From contig NC_043017.1 of assembly GCF_006345805.1 (NCBI RefSeq), positions 25,978,001 through 26,042,000 on the forward strand: DNA of 64,000 bases. Reading direction: 5' to 3'. The DNA is from Octopus sinensis. Lineage: Eukaryota. The translations under genes and the position numbers were made by a program. Shown in pieces: positions 27,859 to 39,164 of this stretch. The notes below the pieces were generated by a model. The model was not told the DNA's origin and did not search any database. It was given only the letters and a program-made list of their open reading frames with translations. Each line of letters begins with the position of its first letter. Positions within the stretch are counted from its first letter, which is position 1.

Positions 27859-28288
27859 ATATACGATTTGTTTCTACTCTTTCTATCTACTGTATGCCGC
27901 AATTTTTTCTCTCATACGTCGACAATTGCCAAACAGAAGCTAGTATATAAAATAAAAGACTTTATTATTCACGATGTGCTGCGAGGAGAGACAGACCGAA
28001 CTGATGAAGGCAAAGTTATGGGAAGGATACATATTTGACCAAACGGCTGCTCCTGCACCTTTCCTTATTCAAACATTGCAATATTCAACGAGATCTGGAC
28101 AAGCAATTCATTTGCAAACTTCCCAGCAGCTGTCAATGGAGAAATAAGTTTTAGTTGAATAGAGAATCAGTGCAGAAGTCTTTGGAAATTGGCTTCTATA
28201 AAACATGGAATTAATGGGTGCGCCACCTGAATGATAAATGATACATTCATCTTAATGGAACACCTATGCATAAGTACATGCATACACT

Positions 28289-28326
<38 letters not shown>

Positions 28327-28384
28327 GTGTGTGTGCGCGTGTGAGTCTGTCTGTATATATATATATATATATATAATAATATCC

Positions 28385-28466
<82 letters not shown>

Positions 28467-28589
28467 ATGTGTATATATATATATACAACATATATATATA
28501 TATATGCTAGCATGGAAAGCGGACGTTAAACGATGATGATGATGATGATGATGATGATATATTTATATATATGTATATACATATATGTA

Positions 28590-28633
<44 letters not shown>

Positions 28634-28752
28634 TATATATATATATAATAACACATACATATATATACATATATATATATAATATATATTATATATATAT
28701 ATATACACATACATATATATACATATATATATATATATTATAAATATATATG

Positions 28753-28804
<52 letters not shown>

Positions 28805-29242
28805 ATGTGTAGGTATGTATATTCCTATTATAGGCTGTAGAAAATCCTTATGCAACTGTGACAATCCCATTGCACTCATCAAAGATTACATTCTAGATGG
28901 GTCTGTCGAAGCCATACCGCCATTGCTCATTTTACATTCACGTCAAAGAAGATTGAACGTCAAGATGTTTGAATGAAGATTTAATACGGAATTTTCGTAT
29001 ACTGTGAAATTACTCTTTGGCTACAGTGATGTAAAATCCTGGTAGGTTCTCCGTCGCTCGCGATGATTGTGATTCTGTAGCTGAAGCATATGAATTGACA
29101 TTCGTAAAATTAAAGTGGAAATGGTCGAGTATTCTTGATTCATGTGTTTCCATCATTGTATGATTGAGATATTGTGATGAGTACGCCTATTTGAATTTTG
29201 TGCATGACCTACAGATAACAGAATTATATTTGGTAAGAAATA

Positions 29243-29660
29243 AGGCGGCCAGCTGGCAGAAAAGTTAGCACGCCAGACGAAATGCTTGGCGGCATTTCAT
29301 CTACCGTTACGTTCTGAGTTCAAATTCTACCGAGGTCGACTTTGCCTTTCATCCTTTCGGGGTCAATAAATTAAGTACCAGTTATGCACAGGGGTCGATA
29401 TAATGGACTTAATCCGTTTTTTTTTTCTGTCCCCTCTGTGTCCAGCCCTTCGTGGGTAATACAGAAATAGGTATTTCGTCTGCAGTTACGTTCTCAGTTC
29501 AAATTCGGCCGAGGTCGACTTTGCCTTTCATCATTTCGGGGTCGATAAATTAAGTACCTGTTACGGACAGAGGTCGATGTAATCGACTTAATCCATTTGT
29601 CTGTCCTTGTTTTCCCCTCTATGTTTAGCTCCTTGTGGACAATAAAGACATAAGAAATAG
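29243..29660 (+). mobile_element. SINE family C, head plus two tandem body/tail units
   Basis: ggcggccagctggcagaaaagttagcacgcc head with B-box-like gagttcaaattc; the body is repeated from 29470. Confidence 0.85.
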
Positions 29661-29954
29661 ATGGGGAATGGTTCCCTACACTAAGAGGGAACTTATTCAT
29701 CTCTTTGCCCCTGATCTTCAAAATAAGAACAAAACAAAGTATAGTTTACATGACATAGTCGAGGATATTGGCTGAAAATTGCGTCCTGTAACCGAAATTA
29801 TTCTATCCTTACAAGAGGGTTTCAAATATGCGAATATAGATGCGATCTATCTATCTATCTATCTATTCATCTATCGATCTATTTCTCTATTCTCTCTCTG
29901 ACCCACTGTATATATCTATACATACACGCAGACAAACGTACGTATACATTATTC

Positions 29955-29985
<31 letters not shown>

Positions 29986-30084
29986 GTCATAAATAAATAT
30001 AAATATATATATATATTACATATGTACATGCTTATGTATACATATAAATATATTTACATATAGATGTATATATATATATAAATA

Positions 30085-30180
<96 letters not shown>

Positions 30181-30316
30181 ATATATATGCATAACTTACA
30201 AGATAAGGGCAGAAGAAAAATTCTAATGCCAGATACGCGACGACGAAACAAAAATTGTCGATAACCAGTAGTAATTTATGCGTCTCGAAACAAACGATAG
30301 AAATCTCTATAAAATT

Positions 30317-30389
30317 CGTTATTACCGTATTGGTCCAATTTCGGGGTTAATTCACAAGAAATTTTCCCCTCTTCAGCGGCACATACGCG
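30317..30389 (-). ncRNA. Type I hammerhead ribozyme (complete core)
   Basis: Minus strand: UGCCG-CUGAAGA-GGGG(19 nt)CCCC-GAAA-UUGGACCAAUA-CGGUA. CUGANGA and GAAA cores and stems I, II and III all pair. Confidence 0.85.
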
Positions 30390-30755
30390 AGATATACATG
30401 AAATACTTATTCATACCCACGGAAGAAGCAAGCACCAAGTTCCGAGCAGAGTTAAGTACCCCAAATATATCAAAATAGAAAAATCTTCGGCGCACCTCGA
30501 GATACGTGTGATTCGAACTAGAAACTTTCACAGAGTGATAGAATCCGGAAGTGAACACTAATCTATTTATAATTGATATAGGATAAAAATTTTTTCGGGA
30601 AGAAATTTTATCAATGGCCAGCATATCAAAAAATGCCTTTAAAGGTAAAATTTATACATAATTTACAAGATAAGGGCAGAAGAAAAATTCTAATGCCACA
30701 TACGCCGAAACAAAAGATTGTCGATAACCAGTAAATTTATGCGTCTCGAAATAAA

Positions 30756-30807
30756 CCGGCTGAAGAGGGGAAAATTTCTTGTGACTTAACCCCGAAATCG
30801 GACCCGA
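30756..30807 (+). ncRNA. Partial hammerhead copy lacking the cleavage triplet and 3' stem I
   Basis: CUGAAGA 30760-30766, GGGG/CCCC stem II, GAAA 30794-30797, UCGG/CCGA stem III, then a switch to another part of the monomer. Confidence 0.7.
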
Positions 30808-31012
30808 AAATGTTTTTATCCTATATCAATTATAAATAGATTAGTGTTCACTTCCGGATTCTATCACTCTGTGAAAGTTTCTAGTTCGAATCACACGTGC
30901 CTCGAGGTGCGCCGAAGATATTTCTATTTTGATATATTTCGGGTACTTACGTCTGCTCGGGACTTGGTGCTTGCTTCTTCTGTGGGTATGAATAAGTATT
31001 TCATTTATATCT

Positions 31013-31085
31013 CGCGTATGTGCCGCTGAAGAGGGGAACATTTCTTGTGAATTAACCCCGAAATTGGACCAATACGGTAATAACG
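31013..31085 (+). ncRNA. Type I hammerhead ribozyme (complete core), predicted cleavage after AUA at 31074
   Basis: UGCCG 31021-31025 pairs with CGGUA 31075-31079; CUGAAGA 31026-31032; GGGG 31033-31036 / CCCC 31056-31059; GAAA 31060-31063; stem III AUUG/CAAU. Confidence 0.87.
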
Positions 31086-31310
31086 AATTTTTTAGAGATT
31101 TCTATCGGTTTGTTTCGAGACGCATAAATTTACTGGTTATCGACAATATTTTGTTTCGGTATATGTGGCATTAGAATTTTTCTTCTGCCCTTATCTTGTA
31201 AATTATGTATAAATTTTACCTTTAAAGGCATTTTTTGATATGCTGGGCATTGATAAAATTTTTTCCCGAAACAAATTTTATCGTATACCAATTATATATA
31301 TGCATAATAT

Positions 31311-31397
<87 letters not shown>

Positions 31398-31516
31398 AAT
31401 ATTTAAAATTGAGGGAGATAAATTAAATTAATTTAAATTTTAATATCAATTTAAAACCAGTAGTCCAGCATTCAAAAAATCTGAGGAGTCAGAAGAAAAT
31501 TCAAATATAGTGTATA

Positions 31517-31920
31517 TTGGCAGGGCTGGCCTGCTAGGTAGCCGGCCAGAATGCTAGAAGAAGATCATCAACGATCGAACTACAAGGGAAATTCTCTAGA
31601 GGAAGAATTCAGCGAACACCAGAACCAACTTTGGCGGGCAGGACATATGAAAAATTAAATAAATAACAGACTTAAATGCATACCTCGGTTTCGGTCTTAA
31701 CAAAAGAATTACTTGCATAATCAAGTGTCCGTGACTTCTTCAGCACATTCGGTCCTCGTGATGCAAACTGAAAGACTAACCCAGCCCTCGTGTCAAGACA
31801 GACACGTGCTTAGTCTTACTGATTACATCGGGAATAAAATTTCAAATGTCCCTTGTAGTTTGATCGGTGATGATCTTCTTCTAGCATTCTGGCCGGCTAC
31901 CTAGCAGGCCAGCCTGCCAA
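31517..31920. mobile_element. MITE-like element with ~75-bp terminal inverted repeats, flanked by TA
   Basis: TA|ttggcagggctggcctgctaggtagccggccagaatgctagaagaagatc ... gatcttcttctagcattctggccggctacctagcaggccagcctgccaa|TA. Confidence 0.7.
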
Positions 31921-31935
31921 TATATACATATATAT

Positions 31936-32007
<72 letters not shown>

Positions 32008-32059
32008 ATATATATATGATATATATATATATATATATATAGATATATATATATATATT

Positions 32060-33780
32060 AGGTATGTAGAAAATTACAACATGGACACAGAACGTATAAC
32101 TCTTAGAAGACGATACAATAAACACGGACAAGACATTCGAAACCCTCAGTCTTCAGTCAAGAACCGGATCATCGTAGTAATTTCGGCTGATTAATCTTGA
32201 GATTACTAGATCACGGCCAGCCCTCCAAGAAAAAATAAGCAACGAGCATTAGAAAAACTAAGCTGGGAGCGTAGATTCCTGGAAGAAGGATCGAATGCAT
32301 ACGGACACCAGGACAGCAAAAGGGAACGAATATAAAAAAACAATGGAATACAGAAGCATTAACGGTGTGAAAACAAAAACAGTGTCTTACGACTGATAAC
32401 AAGCAAACAATTTTTTCTCTGGCGCAAGGAAAGGAGCCTTATCGGCGATGCCTATAGCGGCGGACGAAAAACAACGATGTTAAACACGACGCTGGTCAGA
32501 AGCTGAAAGGCAGATTTCGGCCAGCAGTCACGTGACAGAGAAGAGAGAGAAGAAAAGAAAGAGAAGCAACGAAGAAGAGAGAGAGAGAGGAGGAGAGGAG
32601 AGAGGAGGGACAAACGCGACAAAGAGCGAGAAGAGAGGAGAGAGAAAGAAGGAATCAGAGAGGAGAAGGGATGGGTGTCGAAGAGAAGAGCGACCGTGAG
32701 TGGCAGAGCGAGACAAAGAAATAGGAGGGTAGTGGAAGATTAGACCAAAGAATCAGAGGAAAGAAGAGAGAAAGAAGAAGAGAAAAAGAGGATGAGTAGA
32801 GAGAGAAGGGGACAGATCAAGTAAAAGTGAGGGAGAGAGAGAGACAAACAAAGAGTCGTACCAGTATTAAGAATATGTGCTGACATTAATGTTAAGAGGG
32901 TACGTGGCGCCTGGAATATATGTTAAGGTATGTAGAAAATTACAACATGGACAAGAACGTATAACTCTTAGAAGACGATACAATAAACACGGACAAGACA
33001 TTCGAAACCCTCAGTCTTCAGTCAAGAACCGGATCATCGTAGTAATTTCGGCTGATTAATCTTGAGATTACTAGATCACGGCCTATATATATATGAATAA
33101 AATACAAAAACGCGACAACAACGCAAAACATCCAGACAGACGATACAAGGAAAATAAGGACGGGTCATTTTCTATCCTCAGTCGTGTTCCAGATTATCTT
33201 TGCAATTTCGGCTGGTTACATTCGTGATTGCTCCAATCTGGCCAGTACTAAAGGGAAAAATAAGCTAAGAAAATTAGATTCTTTTGAAGAAAGCATCGTA
33301 TGCATACGAAAACAAGGATGGAGAAATTGAGAAATGTTACACAAATACAAATGCAATTAACAGGACATAACAACCGGTGTCTTTCGACTAAGGACGAATT
33401 AAATTAAGCTGGATTGCATGTACTACAAGTAAGCACTTATGGAGGCAAGAAAACCCATCCTACTACAAGAGGGAAGACAATGCTTGTAGAGTATACAATA
33501 AAAGAACGAATGACAATCGCTCTTAATGTTTTTATTAAACATAACACAACACCACATATGTTCTAACGACGCTAAAGATGTACAGAAAACAGTACTTAAG
33601 TGTCTGAAAGATAGTGGAATTAGGATGCGTATTATTGGCAAGCAGTAAAGTGCTATTATCCAATCAGTAAAAGGAGCAAGACCTATTCTTGAGATATGAA
33701 GAACCGTGATTTAATCAAAGCACAAGATAACGTCTCTACTAACCAAATTAGCGCGCATTAGGTTTTGTACACTACCATTT
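32060..33780 (-). mobile_element. Cluster of a non-coding interspersed repeat, possibly Penelope-like pseudo-LTR/UTR, including an exact ~160-bp direct repeat (32060-32219, 32925-33083)
   Basis: The direct repeat is visible; a diverged third copy lies at 33110-33340 and another at 45490-45635. The Penelope assignment is inference. Confidence 0.5.
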
Positions 33781-33804
33781 TCGCAAGTACTATTTTTGCA
33801 ACTA

Positions 33805-34184
33805 ATACTACTACTACTACTACTGCTGCTGCTGCTCTGCTGTTACTAATAGTGCTGCTACTGTTGCTGCTACTCTATTGTTACTGAGGGGGCCGCTGCT
33901 GATGCTTCCACTCCTACTACTACTCCTACTACTACTACTACTACTACCACTACTACTACTACTTCTTCTACCACTTCTACTACTACTACTACTACTCCTA
34001 CTTCTACTGCTGCTGCTACTACTACAACAACTACTACTACTACTACTATTACTACTACTACTACTACTACTACTACTCCTACTACTACTACTACTACTAC
34101 TTCTTCTACCACTTCTACTACTACTACTACTACTCCTACTTCTACTGCTGCTGCTACTACTACAACAACTACTACTACTACTAT

Positions 34185-34230
<46 letters not shown>

Positions 34231-34232
34231 GA
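33805..34232. repeat. (CTA)n-based microsatellite with a higher-order ~110-bp duplication
   Basis: cttctaccacttctactactac...ctgctgctactactacaacaac occurs twice. Confidence 0.9.
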
Positions 34233-35199
34233 TAATCTGTATCATAATGATTGAAGGGGTGCGGGATTGTGTCGAGCTTTATTTTTCTTTCCCATGTTAT
34301 TAAAAAAGGTCAAGCAACATTGAAGAAAATATAAATGAATATTTAAAAAATTTCAAACTATGATTTTTATTTGTATATTAAACTTAAATTATAATGCTTA
34401 ATATAACAAGATTCGCTTCCGTTTTAAATGTCAACGTCCGTTTGAAATCCATATGTAAACAAATATTTTTTTCTTCGAGTTCGTAATAAATGAAATAAAG
34501 CGAAAAAAAACAATAGAAAAGTTAAGAAAATGAGTTAATTATTTTAACTGTATTACATAAGGCAGAAACAATACTCCCGATCCAAAAAATTTAGGTGATA
34601 CCTGGGTACGACGTTGAAAATATTTAGTCAAAATATCAACTCCCAACACAATTCTTCTCACATGATCAGATGTAATGTTGCATGCTGAAGAGCGTCAAGA
34701 ACAGAAAATATAAAAATATTAACCCAGATAAATGAAAAGGGTCCATTTGATGATAGTTGTGTCTGCAAAAAAATTCTACAGTGAGGTGAGACATTCATTA
34801 GTCTCTTTTAATTGAAATGTATTTAAGTTCCTTTTTAATTGGCAGGAAAGTGACACTAGAAATACTTATGATGTCTATAAATCTCAACTCTTCATATTGG
34901 TAAATGTAATTCCTTAATTCCCACCAGATAATCTATTTTCAAATTCAGTCAAGTGAAGATTCATAAACATTTTCCCTTGACAGTCTTATCTCTTTACTAG
35001 ATTTCATTATCGTATTTTTTTCATGTATCATAGATTATTTTACTGATTACGACTATACTATAACGGAGTCTTCGTTCAATTCATGAGCATATTGTCAATT
35101 TACTCTATAGTTTATGTATTATATCTAAATGTATATATATAACTTCGATATGCGCAACACATATGTCAGGTGAAAACCGCCCGGGGACCAGCTTTTTGC

Positions 35200-35214
35200 T
35201 AATAATAAAGAATA

Positions 35215-35258
<44 letters not shown>

Positions 35259-35266
35259 TAATAATG

Positions 35267-35297
<31 letters not shown>

Positions 35298-35644
35298 TAA
35301 TAATAATAATGATGATGATGATGAGGATGATGATGATGATGATGATAATTATTATTATTTGTACTTTAGGCACAAGGCCTTGAAAACTTTTGGGTAAGGG
35401 GGCTTTTCGATTACATCGACTCCAGTGCGTAAAGGGTACTCTTTTCATTGACCCCCGCAGAGTCGATCTCAGAGCATAGCGCCTGACGAAATACTGCTAA
35501 GCATTTTGCCCGGCGTGCTAACGAGTTTGCCAGCTCGTCTCTTTAATAATAATAATAATATAATAAAAATAATAATAATACTAATAATGAATAATTGATA
35601 ATAATAATAATAAAAATAATAATAAGAATAATAAGAATAATAAT

Positions 35645-35692
<48 letters not shown>

Positions 35693-35707
35693 TATATAAA
35701 TAATAAT

Positions 35708-35756
<49 letters not shown>

Positions 35757-36540
35757 TAATGATAATAATAATAATAATAATAATAATTTCTTCTATAGGC
35801 ACAAGGCTTGAAACTTTGAGGGAAGGGGTCAGTTGATTAGACCGATACCAGTACGCAGCTGGTACTTAATTTATAGTCCCCGACTGGATGAAAGACCTAG
35901 TCGACCTCAGCGGAATTTGAACTCAGAGCGTAAGCATTTCGTCTGGCTTGCTAACGATTCTGCCAGCTCAACGCCTTAATGATAATAATAACAATGATGA
36001 TGTCTCCAAATTTAGCACACAACCAGCAATTCTGGCCCAGAAATTATGAAGAGCAACATCGACCTCGCGCGAAATGCTGCTAAGCAATTTGACCAAGTTA
36101 TCGCCTTGATAAACCTCACTGCTTTAAGCGCATGGCTTGAACGTTTGAGATGAGGTGTGAATCTTGGTAACATCGATCCCAAAAGGATAAAACGTGAAAG
36201 TCAACCTAGGTGGAATTTGAATTCATAATATAAAGAGCCGGAAGAAATGTCGCTAAATATTGACGGTTCTGCTCGCCGACTTCATAAAAACACCACCACC
36301 AACAACATCAACAACAGCAATAATAATATTTTTTACTATAAGTACAAGACATGAAATTTTATGGGGGGGGGGCATAAGTCAAATACGTCGGACCCAGTAC
36401 GTAACTGATACTTATTCCGTCGAGGTCGAAAGACGAACGGCAAAGTCAGCATCGGCAGAATTTTGACGCGCAACATAAAGACAGACAAAATGTCGCTAAG
36501 CATTTGACCTGGCGCGGTAACAATTCAGCTACCTCGCCGA
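35200..36540 (-). mobile_element. Cluster of at least four degraded SINE family C copies interleaved with (TAA)n/(TGA)n tracts
   Basis: Repeated aagcattt(t)gcccggcgtgctaacga..tgccagctc and ggcacaaggc motifs at ~35370-35540, 35800-35980, 36010-36280 and 36340-36540. Confidence 0.7.
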
Positions 36541-37037
36541 CTTAATGATGATGATAATCAGGTTTTTTTAATAGTATGGTTTGAATAACCAAATGAAGAT
36601 TTTTTCCACTTCATAATAATAGAATTAATGAAGAGCGTATAATGAAATGCAAGAAGAATTAACCAGAATAATCAATTGGACAACGAACAATAATGCCGTT
36701 GGCATTATCACATCTTACTATAGGTTATGGCAGGTCGTTGTGCTGATCTGAATTTAACGGAATCCATACCAAAGTTAACTGAATGCATATGAAATATTTA
36801 TCGCTTTCAACAATAGCATCATATTAAAAGTCATTTGGGGTTAAATAAACGAGTTTGGTCAATACTTAGCGGGTTCAGGAGCCAAAGGAAGACCTGGACG
36901 TGATCATTTATCCAGCTAGAAATAATGGCTATCCGTATTCAAAGATTACGGTAACGTTCTATAAATATGTGCTGTCATTTGTGCACCGTGTCCAGTAAAG
37001 GATAATAGATTTGTTATTCGTAAAAACGTTTTACCTA

Positions 37038-37700
37038 CGAGGGACGTTCAATAAGTAATACCTATGATCCACTTGCAGTTATTTGATCCTGCTGAAATTT
37101 TGCATGTGCATTTATTTCTATCTCTATAGATTAAGTGGCTAATTACAGCTCTGAACTAATTGTGGTTTCTGATTTACAGGTATTTGAACTGAGTCAGTGT
37201 GAAATGGAGCCTGTTGAGTGTAGAGCAGTGATCCGGTTTTTGTATTTGAAAGGACGCACACCACGGGAGACTTTTGATGAAATGAAAGTAACTTATGGTG
37301 ATGATGCCCCATCATATGACCTTGTAAAACGCTGGCATCGTGAATTCAATTTGAGGCTGCCACTTTGGAAGATCGACGCATAACTATTCGCCAAATAGCC
37401 CCTGAGGTCAAGATTAGTACCGGGTCTGTGGAAACTATCATTCATGACCATTTGCATATGCAAAAGGTGTCTGCCAGATGGATTCCCAGGCTGCTCACAC
37501 CTTTCCAGAAGCAAGAACGCGTCGAGTGTCGAGGATGAATTTGGAGAGGTGCCAAGATGAGTCAAAGATTTTCGAAGGACTGATTACACAGGATGAAACC
37601 TGGGTCCATCACTATGATCCAGAGACCAAAGCCCAGTCAATGCAGTGAAAGCACCGTGACTCACTTCCTCCAAAGAAGGCAAGGGTGCAGCCCTCCGCTG
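37038..37700 (+). mobile_element. Internally deleted mariner transposon (irritans/Himar-like), left TIR and broken transposase
   Basis: TA|cgagggacgttcaataagtaat; ATG at 37204 gives MEPVECRAVIRFLYLKGRTP..SYDLVKRWHREF, then KVSARWIPRLLT and ITQDETWVHHYDPETK (WVPR motif and first catalytic D). No right TIR seen. Confidence 0.88.
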
Positions 37701-37997
37701 ATTCCCAGACTACATTTCAAATGGAAATGTAAATATCTGTAAAATTTTCCAGAAGTTTATCGTTTAAGTATATATGAGTCTGTCTAAATATCTAATACGA
37801 AACATACGAGGCTGCACGTATGCATACATACATACAGTGTTGATGCTGAAAGTCCAGTAAAGGAGTCTTGAATCGAATTTAGAGACCGACTCTTTGTCTA
37901 TTCACAAAAAAATCGTGAAATAAAACTGAATAATAAGCTACACACACACAACACACACGCATGTGTATGTCTTGTGTATGGCTTATCCCCCACTACC

Positions 37998-38071
<74 letters not shown>

Positions 38072-38879
38072 TATATATGTATATATAAATATACATATAT
38101 ATATATACATATATATATAGTTGTGTGTGTGTCTGTGTAATTGAGTATATGTTTATGTATGTATGGGTACTTGTCTATATATATAAATACACATATGTAT
38201 GTTGTGTGTGTATGTTTGTGTGTGTGTGTGTGTGTGTAAGGACATACATTTATACATGACTAAATTTTATTATAGTTTTATAAATCTTTTGTGGGGGATT
38301 TCCAGTTAAAGAGTTATGCAGCGTCGTAGACGTTCTCTTCTACAGCAATTGCTTCCACATATGCTGTGTTGTACAGACATTTACGACACATGTTGTACCA
38401 CCGTTATTGAAGTCGAGACATTAAGTTTGATATAACTTATTTATTTACATCAGCTCAAATATAAAGCACGGCAACTCTATTTGTTGAAGGTGAAGAAACA
38501 TCTTATTTAGGAAATCATACACATATTTCATAAACAGATGTATACAAATTGCACACAATTTCACTTGATTCGCATAGACATATGAAATTATACTTGACAA
38601 TTTATTCTAAGAGCTATAAATAATTATAAAGTATGAATCCAATTTAGATGCATACTACATTTTTTTCGCAAAAAAAATTGTTGTTTATTCGATTCGATAT
38701 ATGAAATTTTCAGTAAAATTATGTGAATTTTAATCTAGTAAACAATCGAAAAAATATTGGAGATTTTTAAAATAAAATAACATCTATTAATATTCAATAT
38801 TTTCCAAGTCTAGTTGCTTATATAAAAATGAATCTTTGCGTATGTAAAGATGAAGTTATCTACATTATCTATCTATCTG

Positions 38880-39019
<140 letters not shown>

Positions 39020-39078
39020 CCGACCTCTCTCTGTTTCTCTGTCTCTGCCGATCGGTCTGTCCATTTATAACAGCGTAT

Positions 39079-39164
<86 letters not shown>

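Larger units (their letters stand above)
30190..31295. mobile_element. Fold-back array of a ~465-bp hammerhead-bearing monomer (retrozyme-like)
   Basis: tacaagataagggcagaag recurs at 30197 and 30664 (period 467). 30808-31295 is an inverted full monomer with terminal redundancy (period 462). TA tracts on both flanks. Confidence 0.8.

Noticed and set aside
32095-32215. Hammerhead-like CUGAAGA...CGAAU on the minus strand of the 32060/32925/45490 repeat
   Set aside because: It has GAAU instead of GAAA, and stems II and III do not pair with an NUH triplet. At best a non-canonical remnant.
32527-32536. GTCACGTGAC (CLEAR/E-box) motif
   Set aside because: Single 10-mer inside a repeat-derived segment with no associated gene.
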